From Minisyncoccota bacterium (lineage in GTDB: Bacteria > Patescibacteriota > Minisyncoccia > Minisyncoccales > GCA-002788555), in the NCBI GenBank assembly GCA_028716825.1, contig JAQUPA010000001.1:13071-77070 (forward strand): a stretch of DNA of 64,000 nucleotides, given 5' to 3'. Shown in pieces: positions 9,401 to 18,959 of this stretch. Made by a program: the position numbers and the translations under genes. How positions within the stretch are numbered: position 1 is the stretch's first letter; every line of letters starts with the position of its first letter. The notes beneath the pieces are model-generated. The model worked only from the letters and a program-made list of their open reading frames with translations, was not told the DNA's origin and searched no databases.

Positions 9401-10594
9401 TTATTTCATTATTCCTGGCACCGATGGCTCTTGGGTAGAAAAATGCATTCCGTCGCAGAAGGTATTAAAGTCTCCCATCCCACATTGTTCCTTACAGAGC
9501 CCCCAAATTGGCCAGCCATGTTTTTCAAAAACCGTAGCTACTTCAGGAGTAACTTTATATGGTCCATTACCACAATCACCAAAATTATAATTTTCATTTA
9601 TATCACAAGCAATCCCAAAGCGATGAGCTGATATCGAAGATGAGTTGCCGGAACTAGCGCCTTGTGCTTCTCTGAAACAACCGAGGGTAACGATAGGGTA
9701 TTTCATCTTGGTAAGTTCTGAGAAAATTGATTTTAAACTACCAACAACCAATTTATGTGCTGTTATTTTTCTTTTTACTTCTGAAGTGCCATTCCAAACC
9801 GTAACCTCAAAAGTTTCTAAATATTTATTTACGGCGTTACCATTTCCTCCGTACGCACCAGAGCTTAACATTTCTTTTAGACTAGCATCTAGAGCAGCTT
9901 TATCAACGCTTTCTCCTGACACACAATCGTCATTTTTTAATAATTTATAAATTGTCATTGCGCCAATATTTGAATCAGCGTGAGTCATCCCACTGTCTAT
10001 GCAGCCGTTCCAAGTCATATTTTGGTGTTGTCCATCTAAAAGGTTTACCACATAAGGAGATTTGTCGTACGGAGTATTTTTTGGTTGTCCGGGGCAAGAA
10101 TTCCCGTTTTTATCTAGCCCATCTCTGTACATGTATCCTCTATTGTAAGCTAAAAATGCATATCCAATAGCATCATCGTTGGGGTTTTCATTCAACTCCA
10201 TTTTATATACTGATTTTGCTTTGTTTTTAAGAAAATTAGCAGCTGCTAAGGTTGCTTCTTCTAACGTGGTGTATACAGTGCCATTGTCGGGGTTTTTAGT
10301 TCCTAATTTTTCACCAGAGACTGGAGATTTTTCAGGACTGCAGCCTCCTTCTCTAAAATGAACCGCTGCTAACATTTGCCAAGGAATTCCTACTTGTTTT
10401 GCAGCTTCTTGATATATTGGTTTATTTTGTTCGATTTTTGCTTTAATATCAGAACTTATTTCTGCACCCGCTATTACTGTTTCAACACAATTTGCGTCTC
10501 CGCAATAATCTTGAGCAGAAGCCTTAATAAAAATTAGGATTGTTAGCATAGTAACAAAAAAAGTTAATAACTTAATTTTTGTTTTTCTCATCAT
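9401..10594 (-). CDS. Secreted bifunctional peptidoglycan hydrolase: lytic transglycosylase-like domain plus M15 metallopeptidase
   Basis: Signal peptide; IYQEAAKQVGIPWQMLAAVHFRE and LAYNRG (SLT-like); SAHRFGIACD and DGMHF (M15 Zn motifs). Confidence 0.8.
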   Translation of the reverse strand: MMRKTKIKLLTFFVTMLTILIFIKASAQDYCGDANCVETVIAGAEISSDIKAKIEQNKPIYQEAAKQVGIPWQMLAAVHFREGGCSPEKSPVSGEKLGTKNPDNGTVYTTLEEATLAAANFLKNKAKSVYKMELNENPNDDAIGYAFLAYNRGYMYRDGLDKNGNSCPGQPKNTPYDKSPYVVNLLDGQHQNMTWNGCIDSGMTHADSNIGAMTIYKLLKNDDCVSGESVDKAALDASLKEMLSSGAYGGNGNAVNKYLETFEVTVWNGTSEVKRKITAHKLVVGSLKSIFSELTKMKYPIVTLGCFREAQGASSGNSSSISAHRFGIACDINENYNFGDCGNGPYKVTPEVATVFEKHGWPIWGLCKEQCGMGDFNTFCDGMHFSTQEPSVPGIMK

Positions 10595-11685
10595 TTATTT
10601 AAAAGCGATCTTAAGAAGGTATGAGGTTCTAAAAGTTGGGTGGGTTTTTGGACGTCATTTCCATACCATTGTGTAGAATTGGTTGTTCCAGCTGTATAAA
10701 GCTCAAAATGGCACATCGCACTTCCTCCAGAGGTGTTTGCTATTATATTTCCAATGTGTTGGCCTGATTGTATTTCTTGCCCCATACTAACTAACGGAGT
10801 GATTTCTGTATAGTGCGCAACATAGTCTCCGTGGTTAATCATCACACTGTCAGTCCCTGCAAAAAAATTTTTTATTATCAAGACGACTTTTCCTTCTTTT
10901 ATGGCATAAACCCTACAAGCTTCGGGGGCAGAGGAGGGGTTTGTAATTATTGATCTTGGACAAGTGCCTCGGGGCACGGTTATATCTAAGCCCGCATGCC
11001 TTCTGCCGCCACTTCTTTGTGCTCCGAACATGCCTCCATCTGGGCAGCTGGCTCCCGAATTTTGAGAACTGCCTGGAGTATAGCAGGGAGGAGAGTTTAT
11101 TCTGTTAATTGCTTCTTGAGATGGATTTTTAACTGGGAATCCGTTTCCGCTTAAGTCAGTAGTTGCCCCGTTTGGAGTAGCACAGACTTCTGGCTTCATC
11201 ATTTCTCCAAAGCCCATTATAAACAGAGGAGCCATAATCATAGTGGCTGCGATTACCAAATAAAGTGTTCTTCTTTCTTTAAGAACAGAGATTACGTTTA
11301 TTGTCCACATTGGCAGGAGACCTCCTATAAAAGGTATTTGTTCTAAGATGAAAGAAACTATTATTTGTTTTAAGTAGGCTTTTGATTTTCCTAAGACGCC
11401 GCTTACCCTTTGTCCCTCGTCTTTTACCTTCTCTGCAGATTTTTTAACACTAGCAGGTCCTTTTGTTGGTGTAGCCCCATGACGTTTTAACCAAGTTCCA
11501 ATAACTATTGCAGCAATAAGATCTATAAAAACGCTTACGAAGGGTATTGATGCGCTTACAATTAGCTCAAAAAGATTCGCAAAAATATCTGCAAGGTCGC
11601 AGATTATTGCGAAAGTTAACATTATAAGAAAAATCGGGCTCAGAGAACTTACTTTATTTTCTTCTTGTTCCATAAAAGAAATCAA
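10591..11685 (-). CDS. Membrane protein with C-terminal M23-family peptidase domain
   Basis: N-terminal TM helices; FGAQRSGGRRHAGLD, VYAIKEGKV, CHFELY. Confidence 0.78.
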   Translation of the reverse strand: MISFMEQEENKVSSLSPIFLIMLTFAIICDLADIFANLFELIVSASIPFVSVFIDLIAAIVIGTWLKRHGATPTKGPASVKKSAEKVKDEGQRVSGVLGKSKAYLKQIIVSFILEQIPFIGGLLPMWTINVISVLKERRTLYLVIAATMIMAPLFIMGFGEMMKPEVCATPNGATTDLSGNGFPVKNPSQEAINRINSPPCYTPGSSQNSGASCPDGGMFGAQRSGGRRHAGLDITVPRGTCPRSIITNPSSAPEACRVYAIKEGKVVLIIKNFFAGTDSVMINHGDYVAHYTEITPLVSMGQEIQSGQHIGNIIANTSGGSAMCHFELYTAGTTNSTQWYGNDVQKPTQLLEPHTFLRSLLNK

Positions 11686-11688
11686 GCT

Positions 11689-13524
11689 TTATTTATTTTC
11701 TGTTTTCCTTTCAACCCCTTCGATCCCTTCTTCTAACTCCTCTTTGGCTTTTCTTATCGCCAAAATTTGTTCTGGATTTGTAGTGATAATTTGGTCTTCT
11801 CCAAAAGAGGCAACTACTTTTATGGCGGCATGTTTTGCGCCTGCGAAAAAGAGTCCTTCGCCAACTCTTGCCTGCAAAAGTAAATATCTTTCTTCTTTTG
11901 TTAAATTAAAAGTTTGACTTACCGTGTCTATGGTCGCTGGTGATTGTTTTAAGAGCATTTGGAGAGAAGAGTTCGAGATAATTGATTTTCCATATTCAGA
12001 TATCATAAAATCATTAACGTCTTGGGTGATTGTTGAAACACCAAGATAATATTTTCTTGCACGCTTTGCTATTCCAAAAAGGAAAGAAGCAGCTTCTTCG
12101 TGTTTCATCATAACCCAAGCTTCATCCACAATAAGATATCTTTTTTTGAGTTCTGATCTTATGATGTTCCATATATAGTGCAAAATTAAATACATTGCGA
12201 CTGGTCTTAATTCTTCCTCAAGGTCTCTTATTGAAAAGACTACCATTTTACTTCCTTCTAATTCTACGCTTGTGTGCCGGTTTAAAAATCCAGAGTAAGC
12301 GCCTGTAGTGTATTTTTCAAGACGTTTTGCGATAGACTCCCCTCCCTCCATTCCTTCAAGGACTTTTTGCAAGTCAGATAAAAGCGGAGGAGTTTGATTA
12401 TAAAAGTCAGAATCAGCAGTAATATCTCTTGCAGAATAAGTAAGATTTATTGCTTGGTCTATAATTGCATCTTCCTCTGGAGTTAGGCCTCCGAGCATTA
12501 AACGCAAGAGTCCCACAAGGTTTATTATATTTGAACGGAAAGTTCCTTCTTTTGGTTCTCCCTCAACAGCAGGAGGCAGATCAAAAGGATTTATGTGGTG
12601 GCTTGAGCTCAAAGAAATATTAAAATAAGATCCTCCTACTGTTTCTGCAAGGTATTTATATTCGTTTTCAGGGTCAATTACGATAACATCGATATCTTGA
12701 ATTAAAGAGCGGAAGATTTCTAATTTTTGGAAATAGCTTTTTCCGCTACCGCTTTTTGCAAAAGTTACCATATTTGCATTTTCGAGAGAAAATCTGTCAA
12801 AGATAATAAGAGAATTATTATGACGGTTTATCCCATAAAGTATGCCTCTGTCTGAAGTGAGCTCAAACGAAACAAAAGGAAAAACGGTAGATAGAGGCGA
12901 GGTGTTCATTGAGGTATTTGTGTTTAACTGGTCCATTGAAAGGGGCGAGACAGAATAAAAACCCTCTTTTTGGCGGAAAACAGCAGATTTTGTGTAAATA
13001 AGACTTGATTCAAAAATTTGAGTTATACTTTTTTCTATTTTTTCAAGCTGGCTTTTCTTGTCCGCATATATTGAAAAATATACTCCAACTTTAAACATTT
13101 TTTCTTCAGCCCTTGTCAATTTGTCCCTCAGTTCTTCAATGTTTTGTTGAGCAGCTTGTAGCCCTGGGTCTCTAATTAATCCCTTCTCTTCTCTTTCCAT
13201 AATTAGTGCTTCAACTTCTGTAAGTTTTTTCTGTAGTTGTCTTATAATCTTTTCTGTTGATACGGGATAGACAAAAATTGAAATATCAATTATTTCGTCC
13301 AAATTTATGATTGGGGAAAGCCAGCCCGTGGCAACTGTTTGAGGGAATGTTAAAACAAAAAAAGTTTTTGCGATTTTTTCCCCTATTTTTATATAATTTT
13401 GGAAAACCCCAACAGCTGATGGCGCTATAATGTCGTAAATATTGATAAGCCGTTCTTCTTTTTCTACTTGAAGTTCTTTTTTTGTCTCTGGATTTTCTTC
13501 TTCTTGTTTTTTTGTTGGGAACAT
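11689..13524 (-). CDS. VirB4/TraC-like T4SS ATPase
   Basis: Walker A AKSGSGKS, VIDPENEY, Walker B LIVDEAW, KRARKY, ITQD. Confidence 0.92.
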   Translation of the reverse strand: MFPTKKQEEENPETKKELQVEKEERLINIYDIIAPSAVGVFQNYIKIGEKIAKTFFVLTFPQTVATGWLSPIINLDEIIDISIFVYPVSTEKIIRQLQKKLTEVEALIMEREEKGLIRDPGLQAAQQNIEELRDKLTRAEEKMFKVGVYFSIYADKKSQLEKIEKSITQIFESSLIYTKSAVFRQKEGFYSVSPLSMDQLNTNTSMNTSPLSTVFPFVSFELTSDRGILYGINRHNNSLIIFDRFSLENANMVTFAKSGSGKSYFQKLEIFRSLIQDIDVIVIDPENEYKYLAETVGGSYFNISLSSSHHINPFDLPPAVEGEPKEGTFRSNIINLVGLLRLMLGGLTPEEDAIIDQAINLTYSARDITADSDFYNQTPPLLSDLQKVLEGMEGGESIAKRLEKYTTGAYSGFLNRHTSVELEGSKMVVFSIRDLEEELRPVAMYLILHYIWNIIRSELKKRYLIVDEAWVMMKHEEAASFLFGIAKRARKYYLGVSTITQDVNDFMISEYGKSIISNSSLQMLLKQSPATIDTVSQTFNLTKEERYLLLQARVGEGLFFAGAKHAAIKVVASFGEDQIITTNPEQILAIRKAKEELEEGIEGVERKTENK

Positions 13525-13531
13525 AAAAATA

Positions 13532-14125
13532 TTAGTCTATTTTCGGGAAAATTGGCATTGTTTCTTTGTCGGTTTTGTCGGGATTATAAAAACCCCAAAG
13601 TAGTTCTACAATTTCATCGCTTCCGAGCAAGAGAGCGCTTACGCCTGTCCCACGAAGACCATTTATTACATATTGAGACCTTAAGTTAATTTGACTTTTC
13701 CATCTTTTAAATTCTTTGTCTGACATTTCTTTTACTGGCGGGTAAAAAGGCACAACAATATAGAAATTTTTTGATATTAAATTTGCCATTGAAGAGAGCG
13801 ATCTTATAAATTCACGATATTCATTTGCTTGGATTTTTAAAAGCTCATTTTCTTGTTTTGCTTCAACTTCTTCCAATTGTTTTAAGTAGGGTTTTAAGTT
13901 TAATTTTCTTGATTGAATAAGTATTTGAATTTCAAAATCAAGAGAATTTAGGAAGCTCTGAAATTGATAAATAACAGCTTCTTTTTCTTCGTCAGACATT
14001 AAGTCAAAATTAATGGATGAGGCCATTAAAATATTTCTCCAGCCGCCTTGTTTTAAGATGACGACATCTTCTTTTATTTTTTTTATTGTCACAAAGTCCT
14101 GGGTTGTTGCTTTTGCTCCAATCAT
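13532..14125 (-). CDS. TraC-like / VirB4-associated T4SS protein
   Basis: TQDFV.I..I.EDVV, SSINFDL..DEE, QSFLNSLDFEIQILIQSRK; lies between PrgI and VirB4. Confidence 0.75.
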   Translation of the reverse strand: MIGAKATTQDFVTIKKIKEDVVILKQGGWRNILMASSINFDLMSDEEKEAVIYQFQSFLNSLDFEIQILIQSRKLNLKPYLKQLEEVEAKQENELLKIQANEYREFIRSLSSMANLISKNFYIVVPFYPPVKEMSDKEFKRWKSQINLRSQYVINGLRGTGVSALLLGSDEIVELLWGFYNPDKTDKETMPIFPKID

Positions 14126-14136
14126 AATATTTAAAA

Positions 14137-14598
14137 TTATTCTTTATTTTTAATAATATTGTTCTCGGGCCGAAATTCTTCTTCTGTTTCGTTCTTTTTC
14201 GCTTCTAACATCCAAGCCATTTTCTTTAATTTACTTTCTTCTGCCCTTCTTTGGGGTACGGTTTCTTCTTTTTTTTCTATAACTTTTTCAACCTCTTTTA
14301 AGGATACCATTTCTTGGCCTTTTTTAAACCAAATATATTCTTTTGGGTTTAAAAAATAAGAAATACCGTATGAGAATATTGAAACTAAATCTTGCCCTTG
14401 ATATTTAAACAGGGCAAAGGCTGCTCCTCCTCCGATAAGCAGAATACCCAAAAGGAAAGAAATAAAAATATTTTTAAAAATCAAATATAAAACTATAACA
14501 AAAATTAATGGACCAGCCATTAAGAAAAATTGTCTCAGAGAAAGAGGTCCTATAATTTTTGATTCTGATTCTATAAATTGGGGAACGTAATATTGCAT
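14137..14598 (-). CDS. PrgI family protein (VirB3-like)
   Basis: MQYYVPQFIESESKIIGPLSLRQF, two TMs, NPKEYIW. Confidence 0.88.
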   Translation of the reverse strand: MQYYVPQFIESESKIIGPLSLRQFFLMAGPLIFVIVLYLIFKNIFISFLLGILLIGGGAAFALFKYQGQDLVSIFSYGISYFLNPKEYIWFKKGQEMVSLKEVEKVIEKKEETVPQRRAEESKLKKMAWMLEAKKNETEEEFRPENNIIKNKE

Positions 14599-15183
14599 TT
14601 ATTCTTTTTTGATTTTTTTACCAAGCGTTTCTCCCTCTGTTTTTGCTGATTCTAGTTCTTCCGAAAGTCCTTTTAAAATCTCGTTAATTTCATCTCGATC
14701 AGTTTTTTTCCTTACTTGTATTTTTTTTTCTTTTTTAACCTCCGGTGTATTTTCTATTTGGGAAGTTTTTTCTTCGGTAGATATCTTTAATGACGGGAAT
14801 TCTGTTTTTGCTCTCTCTTCGGCTTTTCCAATGATTGTGTCAATTGTGTCTTCCCCTGGTATTGTGGGTTCCCCTTCTGTTTTTGGATAAAGCATATCAA
14901 GACCCTCTTTGTAGTTTGAGAAAATCTGCGTTTCCATTTCTTTTGCAATATCTCGGCTTAACTCCTCGCTAAAACCAAATTCTTTTTTAATTTCTCCTGC
15001 CACTTTATTTTGCGACAAACTTCCATTTAGAACTTTTTCAAATATTGTATCGAGCTTATCTATGCCTTCGTCGCCTTCGCCCTTAATTTGGAACCGTCTT
15101 GCTATGTCGCAAACTTTCTCAAAATTTTTTCTATCTTTAAGAGCATTTTCTATGTTCTCTGGCAATTGATTTTCATCATCCAT
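14599..15183 (-). CDS. Hypothetical soluble protein in T4SS operon
   Basis: 194-aa ORF abutting prgI. Confidence 0.65.
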   Translation of the reverse strand: MDDENQLPENIENALKDRKNFEKVCDIARRFQIKGEGDEGIDKLDTIFEKVLNGSLSQNKVAGEIKKEFGFSEELSRDIAKEMETQIFSNYKEGLDMLYPKTEGEPTIPGEDTIDTIIGKAEERAKTEFPSLKISTEEKTSQIENTPEVKKEKKIQVRKKTDRDEINEILKGLSEELESAKTEGETLGKKIKKE

Positions 15184-15228
15184 ATTTTTAATGAGTATTT
15201 TGGTAAAAAATTAAAAGTTTATGGGCTG

Positions 15229-17496
15229 CTATGACGTAAGGTCGATACCAGACTTTCTTATTAGTTGCGCATTTGGTCGTCCTGTTCCTCCTTTTGCTCT
15301 TGGTCCGCCAAGTTTTTCAATTAATTCATTTGCCTGGGAAGGATTTTGAACAATGTTTTGTATATTTGCTTTAACCGTGGTTATATATCCTGTTGGGTCA
15401 GCTGCTCGGTCTGGTGCTCCTTCTGTTAATCGAGCATGAATAGCTTTTCCTTTTTCTGGGCTTGAAAGTATTGTGCTTAAATCTTTTATATCAGAGGACC
15501 TTATTGTGGCTTCTACAACAAGCCTATCTTTTATGCCGCCTGCGCCATTATTTAAACTATCATCCCAGTAACTCTTTTTGGATGCACTAGTTTTTTCGTG
15601 GCGCGTCATTTTGCTAAATAGTAAATCAAGATTTTCTCTTCTGTTTAATCCTCGTGATGGGTTTGTTGAAACAATATGAGGGTTTGCTATCTCGGTTTTT
15701 TCTAGTAACTTTTTATATTTCGGATTTTTCTCTAGCTTTCCTTTTAATTTACCCCAGGCTCCTTGATCAATGTCTATGCCTTGCTTTTGGGCGGCTTCAA
15801 GGATTGCCCAAGCTCTTGCTTCTCTTCTTTTGCCAATTGTTGAATATCCTCCTATTTCTTTTCCGGCAAGTTCTGTTGCTGCTGCCCCAAGTCTCTTTTC
15901 ATCAAGGTTTGCGTACCTTGGCTGCCATTTTTTGTGATGTTTTTCTACTTCTTCAGGGCGATGTCCAGTAAGTGCCCCTGGTTTTATAGGCGTCCATTTA
16001 CTATCCTCGAGCTTGCTCGCCCAATTATATAAACTTGTTCCTGGTTTGCCAAAAACGCCTTTCCCTTTTTCGGCTCCTTTCAAGGCAGTATATCCAATAG
16101 CAGCTCCTGTGCCTACAGCTGTTAATTTGCCAAGTTTTTTGACTCCACCGATAACTTTAGCACCAACCGTGCCGCCACTTTTTACTGCTGCAAAAAGGCC
16201 AATTACCATTACGATAACAGGAAAACCTACCGTGACCAATAAAGCAATAATATTTCCAAGAAGTTCGTCTCCCACGATCGAAGCCATATCTATTGAACTT
16301 GAAACTTCTAACATTTGAGTTGCAAGGTATAAAAAGAAAGAAGCAGCAACTCCGATAAAGGACCACTGGATAACATATTGCCACCATTTTTTAAAATAGT
16401 CCCTTGTTGCAGGAAGAATGTAAGCGGCAAATGCAAGCGGCGCTAAAATTACAAGTAGCCAAATTGCAAGGTTTCTTACTAAAAAGAGAGCTGTCATTGT
16501 CATTAAAGTCCCTATTGCCATTACCATTGCAACAGCTGCTCCTATAAGATAAATTGTTGGTGCTAAGATTCCCGGATTAGGTTGATTACTTGCCCCTGCA
16601 CATTCAGCTAATATTTTATTTGCCTCGTCTTCGCTATATTTTTCACTCAAACTTTCGAGAATTGCCCAACCAGTTTCTTCTGCGTTTGGAGCTTTATCTT
16701 TTATGCATGCTTCGAAATCTGACCACTCACCTCCTAAGTTTCCACGAGGACCAGAAAGTTCTCCGCATGAGCCGTATCTCTCCTCGCATTGAGCTTTTCC
16801 AAGTACTGCCCAAGTTAAATACTGAGAAAACGTTGCTGCTGGCATTACACCACTAAATCCTGCTGAAGCAGTGGAAATAAATAAGCTTATATAATCGTTA
16901 TCTGCGTCTACTAATTTTTCAAAGCCAATGCCCCGGACAAAATAATAAACAATAATATTTCCAGCATCTACAATAAGCCCTACAAAAACAGGCGCAAAGT
17001 TGACAAGTAAAGCCATAATAATTAATACCGGGAGTAATTTTTTAATGCCATAAGCCTCAATTCCTAAAATTGTAGCAATTGCAATAGTAACAAAAGCCAA
17101 AATGAAGATCATGTTTGCCAGGGGCATAGTAACGTCTAGTCCAGCTTTAATGAAAGGATTATCTGCTTTTGTGAGAGAGAATCCCCCGATTTTATTTGTT
17201 GCTGACCATATTAGAGTATCTGTAAGTGCTTTAATAAAAATTCCTGCTAAAGAGGATATAAAGAAAGCCATAAGAGCAATTGGTCCTACGACAAGCAGGA
17301 ATAACAAAAGAAGTATAGATTTTGGGATAAATTGGTCAGCACCGAAAAGAGCAAACGCAAAACGGAAAGGAATTATTAGGCCTATTAAAATTAAAAAGAG
17401 CGAAATAAATACTACTTTTTTGTTTTTAGGATTCTTGCAAAAAGACCAAGAACGATAATAGAGATTTTTTATTTTTTGTTTCAGAGGCTCCTCCAT
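15229..17496 (-). CDS. VirB6/TrbL-like polytopic membrane protein with long C-terminal tail
   Basis: Many TMs; LLVNFAP...IVDAGN and RNLAIWLLVILAPLAFAAYILP...KKWW motifs; first gene of the T4SS operon. Confidence 0.75.
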   Translation of the reverse strand: MEEPLKQKIKNLYYRSWSFCKNPKNKKVVFISLFLILIGLIIPFRFAFALFGADQFIPKSILLLLFLLVVGPIALMAFFISSLAGIFIKALTDTLIWSATNKIGGFSLTKADNPFIKAGLDVTMPLANMIFILAFVTIAIATILGIEAYGIKKLLPVLIIMALLVNFAPVFVGLIVDAGNIIVYYFVRGIGFEKLVDADNDYISLFISTASAGFSGVMPAATFSQYLTWAVLGKAQCEERYGSCGELSGPRGNLGGEWSDFEACIKDKAPNAEETGWAILESLSEKYSEDEANKILAECAGASNQPNPGILAPTIYLIGAAVAMVMAIGTLMTMTALFLVRNLAIWLLVILAPLAFAAYILPATRDYFKKWWQYVIQWSFIGVAASFFLYLATQMLEVSSSIDMASIVGDELLGNIIALLVTVGFPVIVMVIGLFAAVKSGGTVGAKVIGGVKKLGKLTAVGTGAAIGYTALKGAEKGKGVFGKPGTSLYNWASKLEDSKWTPIKPGALTGHRPEEVEKHHKKWQPRYANLDEKRLGAAATELAGKEIGGYSTIGKRREARAWAILEAAQKQGIDIDQGAWGKLKGKLEKNPKYKKLLEKTEIANPHIVSTNPSRGLNRRENLDLLFSKMTRHEKTSASKKSYWDDSLNNGAGGIKDRLVVEATIRSSDIKDLSTILSSPEKGKAIHARLTEGAPDRAADPTGYITTVKANIQNIVQNPSQANELIEKLGGPRAKGGTGRPNAQLIRKSGIDLTS

Positions 17497-17530
17497 AAAA
17501 AAAGGAAATTATTTTCTTATTTTATTCGTT

Positions 17531-18352
17531 TTATTTCTTTTTTGCAAGGGTTTTGTAAATTTTAGTCCATTCGTCTATCGACAAACTTTGGGCCCTTCTT
17601 GAAAGATCAAGACAATGTTTCACGTGAAACATTTCTTTTTTACTTAAAACTTTCTGGAAATTATTTTTAAGCTGTTTTCGGGGCGAAGAAAACCCTGCTT
17701 TTACAATTTTAAAGAATTGATTAGCATTCATTATTTCATTTTTAGCTTTAATTAGAGGGCTTATTTTCAAAATAGCGCTATCAACTTTTGGTTTTGGCCA
17801 AAAACTATCTTTTTTAACTATTTTTACTATCTTGGGCGTTGCATAAATCTGAACTGCCACAGAAAGAAGAGACATATTTGGCGGTTTTTGACATATTCTT
17901 TTTGCAACCTCTTTTTGGACCATAAATACCATTAAAAAAGGAGGATTTTCCATTTCTAAGAATTTTCTAATTACAGGAGAAGTAATATAATAGGGCAAAT
18001 TTGCTACTACTTTATATTTTGTTCCAAAATTTTCTATTTTAGATTTGAGAATATCCTCCGGTATTATTTTTACGTTTTTAATATTTTTTATATCAAATTC
18101 TTGATTTAAAATTCGAGCCAATTCTTTATCTTTTTCAAAGGCGATTACTTTTTTTACCCTTTTTGCCAATTCTTTTGTAAGGGTTCCAAGTCCTGACCCT
18201 ACTTCAAGAATAAAATCTTCTTTTTTAAGATCTGCAGTCTCTATAACTTGATTTAATATTCCTTTTTCAATTAAAAAATTCTGTCCAAAATATTTTTTCG
18301 GCTTTAAATTATTTTTTTCAAGAGTTTCTTTAATCTTTTTTTTTAAACTCAT
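17531..18352 (-). CDS. rsmA: 16S rRNA adenine dimethyltransferase RsmA/KsgA
   Basis: GQNFL, LEVGSGLGTLT, VANLPYYITS, PKPKVDSA. Confidence 0.96.
   Translation of the reverse strand: MSLKKKIKETLEKNNLKPKKYFGQNFLIEKGILNQVIETADLKKEDFILEVGSGLGTLTKELAKRVKKVIAFEKDKELARILNQEFDIKNIKNVKIIPEDILKSKIENFGTKYKVVANLPYYITSPVIRKFLEMENPPFLMVFMVQKEVAKRICQKPPNMSLLSVAVQIYATPKIVKIVKKDSFWPKPKVDSAILKISPLIKAKNEIMNANQFFKIVKAGFSSPRKQLKNNFQKVLSKKEMFHVKHCLDLSRRAQSLSIDEWTKIYKTLAKKK
17616..17631. promoter_or_regulatory. parS centromere site (inside rsmA)
   Basis: Perfect palindrome TGTTTCACGTGAAACA. Confidence 0.9.
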
Positions 18353-18392
18353 TACTTGTTGTGCTATTTGTTATTAGTTTTATGCCATTAGT

Positions 18393-18956
18393 TTATTTGG
18401 CGCGCTCAACGTATTCCCCCTTTTGGGTATTTACAACCACAATGTCCCCTTTTTTTATGAAAAACGGCGTTTTTATCTCAGCGCCAGTTTCGAGAATTAC
18501 TGGTTTTGTACCTCCCTGGGCTGTATCTCCCTTAAAAGAAGATGGAGCTTCTTTGACTTCCAGGTTTATTTTTATTGGTAGTGTTATATCAAGGACCTCA
18601 TTATTAAATTCAATTGTTTCAACCATTATATTTGGCTTTAAAAATCTTTTTTTATCCCCTATTTTCTCTTCCGGAAGAAAAAATCGCTTTGAAGGATTTT
18701 TAGGATTAGAGAAGAAATATTGTCCTCTATGGTTATAAATATATTTAAATGTTTCACGTGAAACATCCGCTTCTTCAAAGTTATCCCCGGGCTTAAAATT
18801 TCTTTTAAGAAAGGCTCCTGTTTTTAAATTTTTAATTTTTGTTTGTAAGATCGCTCCACCCCTTCCAAGGTGTAAGTGTTTTGCCTCAATTACTTCAAAC
18901 GGTTGCTTTCCTAAAATAAAAATTACACCAGGTTTTAGTTCTCCTATATTCAGCAT
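18393..18956 (-). CDS. efp: Elongation factor P
   Basis: HLGRGGA loop, KGDTAQGGTKP, LETGAEI, GEYVER. Confidence 0.95.
   Translation of the reverse strand: MLNIGELKPGVIFILGKQPFEVIEAKHLHLGRGGAILQTKIKNLKTGAFLKRNFKPGDNFEEADVSRETFKYIYNHRGQYFFSNPKNPSKRFFLPEEKIGDKKRFLKPNIMVETIEFNNEVLDITLPIKINLEVKEAPSSFKGDTAQGGTKPVILETGAEIKTPFFIKKGDIVVVNTQKGEYVERAK
18750..18765. promoter_or_regulatory. parS centromere site (inside efp)
   Basis: Perfect palindrome TGTTTCACGTGAAACA. Confidence 0.9.
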
Positions 18957-18959
18957 AAG

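Noticed and set aside
5353-17496. Integrative conjugative element or prophage
   Set aside because: No integrase, relaxase, att repeats or phage structural genes; composition matches the host
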